Origin: Bugula neritina
Lineage: Eukaryota; Animalia; Bryozoa
DNA: 64,000 bases
Assembly: GCA_964035545.1 (NCBI GenBank)
Contig: OZ037767.1
Location: forward strand, 21,530,628-21,594,627
Reading direction: 5' to 3'
Within the stretch, counting starts at the first letter, position 1. The number at the start of each line of letters is the position of its first letter. The position numbers were made by a program, and so were the translations under genes. Under the pieces are notes generated by a model. That model had not been told where the DNA came from, did not search any database, and saw only the letters and a list, made by a program, of their open reading frames with translations. Of this stretch, positions 37,401-49,060 are shown in pieces.

Positions 37401-40400
37401 ATACTATACACATATACTACACACATAGACTATACACATATACTATACATATATACTACACACATATACTATACACATATACTATACACATGTACTATAC
37501 ACACATGCTATACATATACTGTAAAGTTATAATATATGAAACAGAATCAGTCATGGGGCAAAATTGGATCTTCGATGGTAAACAGTTAAACTTATAATTT
37601 CTATATATAAATGATGCTTAGCTATGCCTACAAATAATGAGTATTTAGTTTACGCTGTGACGACTTTATATTTTACCAATTTTGCTACAAGTATATTTTT
37701 TTGCTATAGAATTTGTATAAGCTCAGTTCATCTATAATATTTATAAAAATGCTGCATGCATTCTTGGTTGCGTAAAGTACACATACGAGATTTGTCCCCT
37801 CATCAGCACAGAACAGAGTGCCATGGTCCATACCGTCGCAATAGTAGAAACTTATGTTGTTACTAAAACATATTTAGAAAACATGTGTAAATTCAAGCCA
37901 GAAAACTCAAATAATTCTAGGAGTCACCTAGGAGTCACGAGCCTTGCCAAATGCTAGCATCTTAAGTTTGTGACCATGGTTAGAGTGCTAAGTCACTTAA
38001 TGTGTTTGCTGAGCATAAAATGAAAGCATTATATCTCAATCTGTGGATAGCAGCTGTTTTGGGATTTGTCCCCTCATCAGCACAGAACAGAGCACCATGG
38101 TTCACGCCTTCGCAATACTAGAAACCTTTATTATATATAGCACTCAACAATCATCAATAGTGATATTGATAAATATCAATAATTGCTAATATTATTTTAG
38201 ACGTCTGTTAAAGATCGCCCACATTCCACGTCGAGTTTCAAAGGACGAGGTCGTATGATTAAGAAGGGAATTATTGTTGATTGGAACAAGTTGCAGCAGA
38301 TTAGTTTAGAGCGAGAGGACTCGCTGAATACTGCTGCTGTCATCGCTAAAGGTGCGTGTCCGGTCTTGTTATATTATTTATAAGCATCTGTTTTTATACC
38401 TTCTGTCATCATTACCTGTTTTAGAGAATGTATAATGTTCTTGTAATTTCTTGATATGGGAAAGTCAGGTTATATGAGACATTGTTCAGGTATTTTAGTT
38501 TGGTAGGCTGTGCGTATACACAGCAACATGTTAATTGAAATATGCAAGGCTCAAGTTCTGTAATGATAAATAAATGCTAAATGATCTGTAATGGTTCACT
38601 AAATATGAGTAGAAAAATTTACTTGTGTTGCTTATTTATCTAACCCAGACATGTAAGTCATTTGTTCAAAGATGTTGAAAACAAAATTCACCTCAAATAT
38701 TTCATGAGCAAACAAATATTTTGTGAATTATGGTTGATGCTTCCTTATTGAAAGCAGAAAGAGAAGAGTAATTCAGAAAATGAGCTGCTACCTGCAGCCA
38801 CCCATTAATCGGTTGAATCATATTTGTGATGCAGATTTCCTTTTGTTATAGTAGTTGAATATTTTCAGCTCAAAAGATGTCTTTCAAGAAGAATCCTGGA
38901 CAGGTTCCAGGTACCAGAACAATCCCCGCCCCTCCCTCTGCTCCTGGGAGGAAACCCCTGATGCATCAAAAGCATTTCTTTGGGCCTGTCCTGCCAGACT
39001 CTGATTACCTTCCAGCCAATCACAGAGCCTGTTTGCCAGAAACTCTTCCGCAGACGGACAGATCATATACTCAGCAGACGCTTCCTTTGATTTCTTCAGG
39101 TTACAAAACTGTAATGCAGTCAATATCTCCTGAAGCTCTACAGCACGCTGTAGAGGCTGGGGAGGAAGTGCCTCTTATTGGCTACCGTCTTGAAGGTAAC
39201 GTGTTACATATCGGAGATTTCTAGTTACTTCTTTATGTTGTGAACTTTTTAAAGTTTATAAATAATTAAGTTTCATCAGTATGGAATCCTGCTACTTGCT
39301 TGTCTAATATAAACAGGGAAGCAGGATGGAAGATGAAATCTGATTTAAACTGTTCTTTTAAAATTATGCTTATATAACTTTATTGTGAGTTATAATAAAT
39401 CAATAGTAGCTCTTCTTTTATGATAATTATTACAAGTGCTATTTTTATGCTATGTTATTAATAATTATCTTTGTTCAAAGTTGAAAAGACTGTGACTATT
39501 TTATATTTAATCATTTTGATCAATTTTTGTTGCTTGTATCTTGGTTAGTAATTTTCTTTCTCAAAACCTGGTACAGTATCCTATAATATTATACAAATAC
39601 TTGGTTGCTTGTGTCTTTGCATTTACAGGTTCCCTGATATTATTCTCAGTAAAACTGCAACCAGCTTAATTCTACAGTTGTTTGTGTGCTTTGCTCTCAA
39701 ATATGAAGTATATATTTCTTACGGAAGAGTAAACCTCAATATTATACTTGTTTTTGTAAAATGCAGGCAAGCAGAATAATATAACTCAAGTGGATCCGTT
39801 TGAGGAGAATGTACTGACCAAAAGGGAAGTAGGACAGGATGTAAGGGATATGGAAACCAACTTTCACGAAAGGCTGGCTAATGAACCGCTGCAAGTCAGG
39901 GAGAAAAAATACGTGAACATAAAAGACAAGTTCATGTTTGAGAGGTGAGTGTTACTGCGAAGGTCACTGTTGCTGAATTTCTATAATAGTTATGACATAG
40001 AATGTTTTAATACTCTGCTATTCAATATGGTATATTGTTATAGACTGCATGAATCAGAGTATATTTATTACGGCCTATATATGTATATTCACATTTACAA
40101 ATAGTCATGTTTGGATTCCGGTGTTTATTTCTTTTCAATGTAGACAGGCTTACTATGTACAGAAATAATACAGTTATTAAAATTTCATCATTTTAATGCT
40201 AATTGAGATATGATTTTGGTTGGCATTGGATGAGCAAGTGTAGGTTTTGCTTCTTCAGTTGAGATTACTAATATTTCACCAAGAACACTTTAATGTTCTG
40301 CTAGAATCCAGCAGACGATGGGTTTGTCTGCATTGACCGCAGTGCAACAGGCGTATAGAGACAGAGACATGGATGAACAGAGGGCCGCCAAGATGCAGGT

Positions 40401-42855
40401 GATTTAGAAGCATCTTGTGTTGTGTTCAATGTAGCTGAATATATATTTATAGTCTCTTAGTCAAGTGATCAGATTATTTACTACAAAATTCCAAGAGTTG
40501 TAAATATACATATATTGTGTACAATAAACAAACTTATTGTCATATACTATCATTGTTCTTTATACAATATGTTAATCAATGATATTGTTTCTAGCCAGCC
40601 AGTAGTATCTCAAAACTTTGATTAATGTGATCTGTTGTAAATGTGCATCTGTATTTATAAAGGAACAACTTCTGGTAAATAACTCAGAAAATATACTTTA
40701 AGTTTCCCAACTGCTGTTTCACAGGCAATTCTACTAATGAAGGAGCGGAGAGAGCTGGCCAGGGAAAGAGTGAGAGCTTACCGCGAGGAAAAGGGACTGC
40801 TCGCCATTGCCACACACCAGGATGACAGGAAACAGATGCGAGAAACCATGGAAACCAAGGAGAAAGGGTTAATAAAGGAAATTGACAAGGTTTGTTACCT
40901 TGAAGATGCTTACTTCGAATGAAATAATATGCTGAGTTTCAACTATATGACGGGTTGTGTTGTGACAGCATAAAGATGGCTTGATACACTTTTTGTGCTT
41001 TTTTACCTTGACCTTTTTATTTACTAGTCGTTAATTAGAAGAGAGAAATTGAAAATGTACAGAAAACAACGAGAAGCCGAGCTTTCCTTCTCCCAGAACT
41101 TTGCTACTCAGCAGACGTCAGTTTCCAAAGCTTTGATACGACATGATCGGCAGTTGAAGACTGATAGAAGGTTACAGAGTAACGTACGTAGTTTTCTCAT
41201 TTTATACTTCTTCATTGTTAACGTCCTCATTGTGTGCTACTACTACTCTACCACTACTACTACTAGTACTACTACTACTACTACTGCTGCTGCTACTGCT
41301 ACTACTACTACTGCTGCTACTACTGCTGCTGCTGCTGCTGCTGCCGCTACTGCTATTGCTACTGCTACTACTGCTGCTGTTCTATAACTTTTCAATCAAT
41401 GAAAGAGTTTTCGCTTTACTTATCAGACGGAAAAGGTAGAAGCAATGAAAGATTTGGAAAGGGAGCAACAAGAAATTGTGAAGAAATATCTTCAACATAG
41501 AAAGATGCTGCGACAGACAGAAAATTCAATGGCTAGAGCTGCTCTTGACACAAAGATGTTACAAGATGTGAACGACAGAATTTATGAGGTAATTAGTTGC
41601 TTTTGTAGTTTCTGCATTATTTCTAAATTTCTTCCCCATCATACAAAGAAACATTCTCCTGAGCTGGTTGTCGGCTGTTGATGCATCTTAGTTGTCTCTC
41701 ATGTTTTCTACTTTCTCCTTCTAATGGTGATGTGTATGGTATGACCTGTTCAGTCACTCTTAAGTGAGCATATGGATAGCCTTCAGTTAGTCTTATTACC
41801 CATAATATAGGGCCTGCTCCAGGCAGATATGAGCAAGATATTTATACCAGTTATTGAATAACGTCTCATGTTATTCTGGGGTTTTTAGATATGTTGTGGA
41901 AAGGGATATATTTTTTGAAAATTCATAAAAGTTACTTGAAATCTGTAAAATACAAAAGCACTCAGCTATAGCTGTTGGTTATTATTTATAGGATTTAGTT
42001 TCACAAAATATGGCGACCTCCTTAAACATGCAACTGTTTTATAGGCTTTCAGCCTTGTAAGAGCAGATGGTTTTTAATGTTTATGTATATCAGTGTGTTT
42101 TTTATAAACTACTTCATGTCTACTAAATTTCAGAACAAACAGGATATTGCATCACTCATGATTATTGGTAGGATTTTTATTACAATTTGAATTTGATTTT
42201 TTTCTAATTTTTCTCCATTCTATAAGTAAATAGAAATAGTATGAAATACAGAAATAATTTCTTTATATGCACCTTTTTATTTTTATATTTTATATATCTA
42301 CAACTGCCATTTGATAAAAAGTTTTTTCAACAAATCATGATTTTGTTATACTATGTTATGGTATCTTTTACTATATGTGCTTCTTCTACTTTATTCATTA
42401 CTCATATATTGCGTTTTCTAATTTAACTTCATATTCATAATTTTATACTTATTGTGATGTTATTTACTTTGTACACAACCCTAGAAAATAATTTTATACT
42501 ATTGATTGTTTTCTCAAATACATTTAAGGTTATCAGTACTTTAGTTTAAGTTTAATAATGTTAAGACAATGTGATTGAATAGATTTTCTATCGTACTCAA
42601 GTTTGTCATATTCTGCAGGCAAAAAGTCGAATTGACCATCTGAAGTCGAAAGAGGCGCAGGCCAAGTATTTCACTACGTTGCCTCAGTCCCTACTCGCCG
42701 TTCCTGATCTTCCTCTTCCAATGCAATCACAGAACACTGCTGTAAAAATAGCAGAGGCAATCGAGACTAGCAGGTTAAACAAGGGTGTCCCAGCTAACCC
42801 CCCACCACCAACTGCCACTAAAGGATTGCCAGTAATGAGCACAGTGCAACTCTAA
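34422..42855 (+). CDS. LRRIQ3: Leucine-rich repeat and IQ domain-containing protein 3
   Basis: Exons 34422-34608, 34901-35124, 35484-35645, 36087-36251, 36474-36634, 37055-37271, 38201-38351, 38869-39195, 39767-39944, 40305-40398, 40725-40889, 41028-41183, 41427-41588, 42619-42855. LRRs (LILDHNYLESI, LDIHSNQI, LIAHDNPI), LRRcap NYRHHVVNTIWSLKALDHHVVSDEEII typical of LRRIQ3, IQ motifs (IIQKNIRFW, TIQRAWREFK), C-terminal coiled coil. Confidence 0.9.
36643..37035. repeat. Degenerate (gtgtgacagtgtagta)n minisatellite
   Basis: Fills an LRRIQ3 intron almost from donor to acceptor. Confidence 0.92.
37290..37520. repeat. 13-bp repeat (tatacacatatac)n
   Basis: Visible tandem array after a donor site. 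Confidence 0.9.
37789..38128 (-). mobile_element. Hammerhead-ribozyme-bounded 274-bp repeat unit (non-LTR retrozyme or Penelope pLTR remnant)
   Basis: Direct repeats at 37789-37851 and 38063-38125. Minus strand reads TCTGTG-CTGATGA-GGGGACAAATCCC-AAAAC-AGCTGCTATC-CACAGA: type I hammerhead layout with core substitutions. Confidence 0.65.
38040..38086 (-). ncRNA. Degenerate minimal type I hammerhead ribozyme
   Basis: Stem I TCTGTG/CACAGA, CUGAUGA box, stem II GGG..CCC. The GAAA box reads AAAA and stem III is perturbed, so probably inactive. Confidence 0.55.
41239..41380. repeat. (ACT/GCT)n trinucleotide repeat
   Basis: Intronic in LRRIQ3. Confidence 0.92.
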
Positions 42856-44237
42856 ACCATATTTGAATTAACCCGACTAACATAATCACAGCAGCAGTAA
42901 GTCACCAACAGCACTAACATCAGTAGCACTCTGTCACGCCAAGCTGTGCTGTTGCATTTAGTCATGCACCATTTTATCCACATTAAATATTAATATTGCT
43001 TCTAATTAAATGTTAAATGTTTTGCACTACCCTGTAGTGGGTGTTCAGTTGTCCAATTGAAGATTTGTCCCAAGTTTTTAACATGGAAATATTGTGTAAG
43101 CTGCAGTGAAACTCTTTGGTCTGTTGGCAACTTTCAGAGTCTAATGTGCAAATTTTGCTTTTTTATTCTTAAAACTGAAAATTTTCAAACTTATAAACTT
43201 GCCAAAATGATGATATATTTATGTATAAAATAACTACAGTAGACAAGTTTTGCTCCTTTGAGTAGTAACTTCTAAAGTAGCAAACTTTGACAATGCCAAA
43301 TTTTGAAATAGACATTCCTTACTGTCTGAAGTGGTTAATGAGTAAATTTTTTGGAATTGTGATACTAAATAACTTGTACTTATGCATTTTAAAAAAAGAT
43401 TGAAGAAAGAAGGTAGCTCTAAAGTTTTCACTGCAACTATAGCTGATTGAAAATGTTTTTACCTGTCTACTCACTTCCATTTTGATTTCCGATACTAATT
43501 ATTTAGTTTTCACATTTTAGTGGAGTATAATTCAGTCATATCTCTGTAACACTTGCCGACATGTATATATATGTTTGGTTGGTTATTAGGGGAAGCCGAA
43601 AGATGTATCACCTTCATGTCCCAACTCCTAGCAGAGTAGAGCACAGATCTGAGACTAGACTGACCCTTAGTGGGGGCCGGTCTAGATACCAACCTGTACA
43701 TGAATAAATGTACTTCAACTATAATATATCCTGTATCATTGATATATATGTTTAGACGCTGTATTTATCACCCTATTGCTATTTCAGTGATCAAGTGTTC
43801 TTAAGATAAATGTTTGATCTCAACTAATTTTTATTTATGTTGCATTTATATGGTACGAATTGCTCAAACAATTATTTTACTTTTTAAAAATATTGATTAA
43901 TTTTATTTTTATAAGAATATATTGAAAATATCAGTATAAGATTTTAATATTTCTCACTAATTAACTTGATCAATAAAAATAATCATTATTTATAAGATAA
44001 ATTCAAACTGGTCACATATTAAAAAACTAAGAAGATATTTCATTAGGAAAAAACCTGCTGTGTATGAGGTACATGTCATTGTAAGAAAGAACCGCGGAAA
44101 TACTTATAAGTACATTTTGAGAACCTGGAAGTACCTGTATTTCTACAAACAAATACATCCCAGATATTTAGTTTTCTATTTTAGGACGGAAGAGGTACAC
44201 TATATTTATACAATTGATAAAATACAGGTTCTAGATG

Positions 44238-47200
44238 TCAATCACATTTTATACTGGATAGTGAGTTTTCCTCATTTTGTGTTTCTACATGAGCAACACC
44301 ATTGGGCAGGACATTGACCTTAGGATTGTCTTCTCTTTGTGAGACATTAACCGGAAATATAGTAGCAACATTCATCTTAGGTTGAGTAGGGGAGCGGGTG
44401 TGATTACCGGCCCCCAACATAGTTTCTTCCCCATAGGAATGTTCCTTAGAGCCAGCGCACTTGAACATCTAAAAAGATAAGCAGGAGCCTGTCAGTGACC
44501 TTGACATAATAATTTCTGCTCAGATGAATGCAGAATTAATTAATAATGAGTTATTTACAAATATGAAGCAAGCCGCCATGAAATCAACAGCCCTACATAT
44601 GAACATATAAAACTCCGATATGTAGCACCGAGGCTATCTTCGGAATATGTTCTAGATATCAGTACACAAAGTGGAAAATTGCATACTATAAAAATATGAG
44701 CAAGATGATTGCCAGAGAATGTGAATCACTGAATTAAGTTTAATTAGTCTGGTGTATTAGCTACACCCACGTGTCTGCGAATCAATAATAAGCACCTTGA
44801 ATGACACATTAACAAGGGCATTTACAACTACTACAGCTACTAGATTCTATAATGACTTGATGTATTAACTTAGAACATCTCTTTCCTTTTTCATTAAGCA
44901 GATATGTCTCCCAATTCACAACACATTGTGTTTGATAAAACCGGATCGCATCAAGTGAAATCATATGCAGCAAAACTGCAGGATTTACCTGCCACAGACT
45001 ATACATTGCCAGTGACCAACTGTATTTGCCGATAGCTAAATACTGTTATTTTATAAAAAGAAATTATTTTGAAAACTCACTCGCTATTTTACTAATGTGA
45101 AATTGATTGGAACGAAATGCAAAATAAAAGCTGAAAAGTTGGTTCACTAAATAGTGATCAGCACTACTGCAAAAATTTTTCAAAATATCTCTTTAGTTTT
45201 CCGTAATGCGGTCCTAGCTTAACTAGATCCTAACAAGCTATATACAACTCAAATTGGTTGGTTTATATAAGAAAATCTTTAGAAGATATTTAAGTAACAG
45301 TGCAGCAGGTATCATAGGCATAATAGGCAGAGCTCTAACCTTTTTTAGCCTCTTTCTGAAGGAAGGAGAGCTGATAGAGTATATTATAAAGTTGATGGAT
45401 GAGTTGAGAATAAATATCTGGTACGAGAATATAGAGGCGGTGGGGCCGTGCGAGGGAGACAATCTCCATATAAACACCAGAGACAAATCTGGAGTCTGAA
45501 ATAAAGTAGGAAGTAACACTAAACATGTACATAAACTGTAAGGATACTTCACTCAACTCTCTAGCTGTCACACTCCAAACGATAGCTATTTACACTAAAT
45601 TTGCAACGTTCAACATTTGATTTTAAATTTCAAATTTGCATTCAAATGAACATCCTAAAGAACTTGACAATGAAAATATGATAAATGAGGAGAAAAGAAA
45701 AGTAGTGTGAACATAGTTCCATAATTAATTCATAGTCACCTGGAGAAGTACAAAGGAAACTGTTACCACTAGCAGCGTGAGTATAGCATTCACCTCCAGT
45801 TTTCTTACCCGAGATGCATTAGCTTGAGCTCTACACAGAGAGTGAGACAGAAACCATAATTAATATTTAAAAGTAAATAGAAATAAGTACCCATGACACT
45901 CTAGTGGTTAAAGTTCCTTGTTTTGCAAGGTTGGGGCTGTCTTGTCATGCCCCTTATTTCTATGGTCATAGTTGAGGGTTGTTAATCACAAAACAAAGTT
46001 ATAGCTGCTTGCATCACACTGCATAAAGAAGTTTTAGATTGGTGAAAAAATGCCAAGATAGAACAAACCAAAATAAAAAAGCAGCATAAACTGATTGGCT
46101 TATCATTTGAATATTGTTGGACGTTTATATATCCCCTTCCTAATTTTTTTACTTAATGAGGATGTTATGATAGAATACTATATGGTAGAATGTTATATGA
46201 TAGAATGTTTTAATTATTGCATGATGCAATCTCAAATTTAAAAAAACATAACTAAATTACCCAAAATGAATGCAGTACACAGGTAGTTACAGTACATGCT
46301 GCTCTTAAACAATATCAAGTGATACAAAGAAACCTGCTATAATCTCAACACATAACTCCACTTGCATACAAAAGTAGACAACCCTGAAAGATAGCACCCT
46401 TTGCTGTTTGTATAATATCAATCCTTATTTATTGGACTTAGCAATCATTCAAAATTTGCATTTATTTACAACTATAAGAGCTAAATGGTAACAGAAATTT
46501 AATACCAGAAAAACATTTTAAGACACAAATCAAAACACAAATAGAAGTGCTTACTTTGACATGGAATGTATTTTAGAGAGCCACTTGGAGCGATTGTAAA
46601 TAATCTGAATAAGTATGAAGCTGGTGAAGATGAGCAGACAGAGGGGGATGACATACGCTACAGCCACATAGATGATGAAACCATAAGACAGTCTATAAAC
46701 CTCGTCTCTGCTAATACCATGACCTGAATAACATAAATCCAACTATCAACAACAACAGAGTATTTACATATATTAATTGTGTTGATGATATTTGTTACAC
46801 CCTACAGCCTACTTCAAATGTATTGATCAACTAATGCCTTCATTCTTGTTACATTCACTAGAAATTAAGGCTGGTCTTATGACTGCCCCCTCCCCTTTCC
46901 ATTCACACACCCAGGTTCTATAGTTGAAACTGAAAGTCAACTTGTTTAGTTTTACTCAACCACACAACATATCAATCACTTACTGAAGGAGAAATAGCCG
47001 AAACACTTCACACTGCTCTCCCGATGTATCAACAATGCGATGAATTCAACAAATCTGGGTGCACAGAAAATGAGAGCAGAAACGAATATGACAGCCAGGC
47101 ATTGCAGAGCCCTACGACTTGTGCACCAAGTCTTTGCTTTGCTCACATGCTTCACTTGAATGTAGCGGTCCAGGCCAAGCACTACTATTATGTAAGTGTT

Positions 47201-49060
47201 GGTAAAGTGGGAGATCTTCTGCAATACAAGAAAAGTTGGATTATGCGGCTTACCTAAAACATTAGCTTGATGTGAAAAGGGAGCAGCCGTGGTCTAGGGG
47301 TTAGAGCTCGTTTGCCTAGTAAACACGAAGTCATGGGTTCGATCCCGACAAAGGCCATTGGTGATGTTAGGAAGAGCATTCAGTCATAATTGCTCCTGTG
47401 CCTCATTTAAATAAATCCTTGGCCCGATTTAACAAAAACCTTTTCATCAAGTGTTTTTCACAAGGATGGTGATTATTAGCTTGGTGTGAAGCAATAAATA
47501 TATTGTTTAAAGCTCTTACCTAGCAACAGTGTAAATTGTGTGTAAGAAGTTCAGAATTCTCCTAAACACATTTCCCAGTTGGCTAATTTATAAATTATTT
47601 ATAAAATGGCCAGGTTATTGAACACCCAACAGGTTAGCTTACGAAAACATACACTACATTTTGTTTGCTTTATGTAACAAACACATTTATACAATGCCTA
47701 AGGCATACCCAGAATCATACTGCATTATCACAAGTGCAATAAAAATATAGTTTGTCAGTTTACAGTTGACCGTCAATGCATTCACACAGCTGGTTACGCA
47801 AAGACATAATTACTTTTTTAATCTGGAATCTGAATGTGTTCAAACAAATCAACGCCTTTATTGATGAGGCGTGAGAGTTGACAGCTAACAGGTGATGCAC
47901 ATCCCAACCTCCGCAGGCACATACTCTCATATTTATATGTGTAGGTTCTGTGTACATACATACCATGAAAAGTAGACCAATGAGAGTGACTGTTCCCCCA
48001 GAAGTCCAATCTTGTACATACCAAAATATAATGGAGTACACATATCTGCAACACCAGAATAAAGACAGTCAAAATTACCTACAGTATGCCTATAATCTCT
48101 TGCAGTTACAGAATACATGCAATCTGTAGCTACAGGTAGTGCTATGCTTCTAAATAAACTTATAGGAGAGTAAAGAATATCAATGGAACAACAAAAATGG
48201 TTGCTAAAAACTCGCATGCTTTTTAAAAGCTTACCTACACAGCTATTTATGCAACTGTACTTTAGGCAGCAACTGGGGGAAAATATCTAGCAAGGTAACT
48301 TGGCTTAGTAAAAACCATGACCTGCACCTATGATCAACTAACAGAAAAAAGGTGAGCTTTGAAAACTGGCGCCTTTTATTTTTGGTTAGAATACCACAAA
48401 AAGAGCACACAAGATGATACATTAAATAAATTGATCTTAAAGAGAGCTTGGAATAGTAACCTGTAGGCATAACAACTGAGACACAATATCTGTATATTGT
48501 CACTGACGGCAAGAGCGGTCAGATACACATCCGTAGATGAGAACTTCTTTAACTTCCTGTTTACTAACACCACCAGTAAATTACTCAGCAGTCCAAATAC
48601 TCCAATTATTAGGGTCAGCACAAAACTGGCAATCTTAAGGGCAGAATATGAATCAGCATCAGACACACTACAAACACAAAAAGTATAACACTACCAGCAA
48701 AAGATAATGAAATATTGTGAAATACAACACAACTAAATAGATATTAAAATAGTGCAATGTTAGTCAAGAGTAGTTATGAAATAATATTATATGTTATTTT
48801 AATAAGAGTGCATGCCATAAAATATTTACCATTACCACCAAATCATTATTTTTTGTAAGAATACTTTAAACAAATAATATATGAATAATTAGTCAACGTT
48901 AACAAATTGACTTAGCAAATTTACAGGAACATTAGATAAACTTCTAACAATCGCTGGCATAAAATACCTAAAATCTTACAATTTAAAAAAAATCATATGC
49001 TTAGTATTGTATAGCTACATACCACGGGGCATCACTTGTTAGATTCATATCAGCTTCCAT
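44238..49060 (-). CDS. Class A (rhodopsin-like) GPCR, FMRFamide-receptor-like peptide or chemosensory group
   Basis: Exons 49060-49023, 48667-48461, 48045-47964, 47218-46984, 46723-46555, 45830-45740, 45495-45340, 44468-44238. N-glycosylation site NLT, TM1 GLLSN, TM2 YLTALAVSD, TM3 LDRY, TM4 CAPRFVE, TM5 YVIP, TM6 LLQTP, TM7 NSSINFIIY, helix 8 FRKRL. Confidence 0.9.
47279..47490 (+). mobile_element. tRNA-derived SINE, copy 2
   Basis: Colinear with the 19630-19419 copy (A box, B box GGTTCGATCCC, same core and tail); lies in a GPCR intron. Confidence 0.88.

Noticed and set aside
36591-37597. His/Thr/Tyr-rich ORFs
   Set aside because: Minisatellite translations inside LRRIQ3 introns.
41215-41439. 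Poly-Leu and poly-Thr/Ala ORFs (also 58420-58620)
   Set aside because: Intronic trinucleotide repeats.
47279-47355. tRNA-like sequence (also 19555-19630)
   Set aside because: No proper acceptor stem, and it continues into a shared SINE body; SINE head rather than a tRNA gene.
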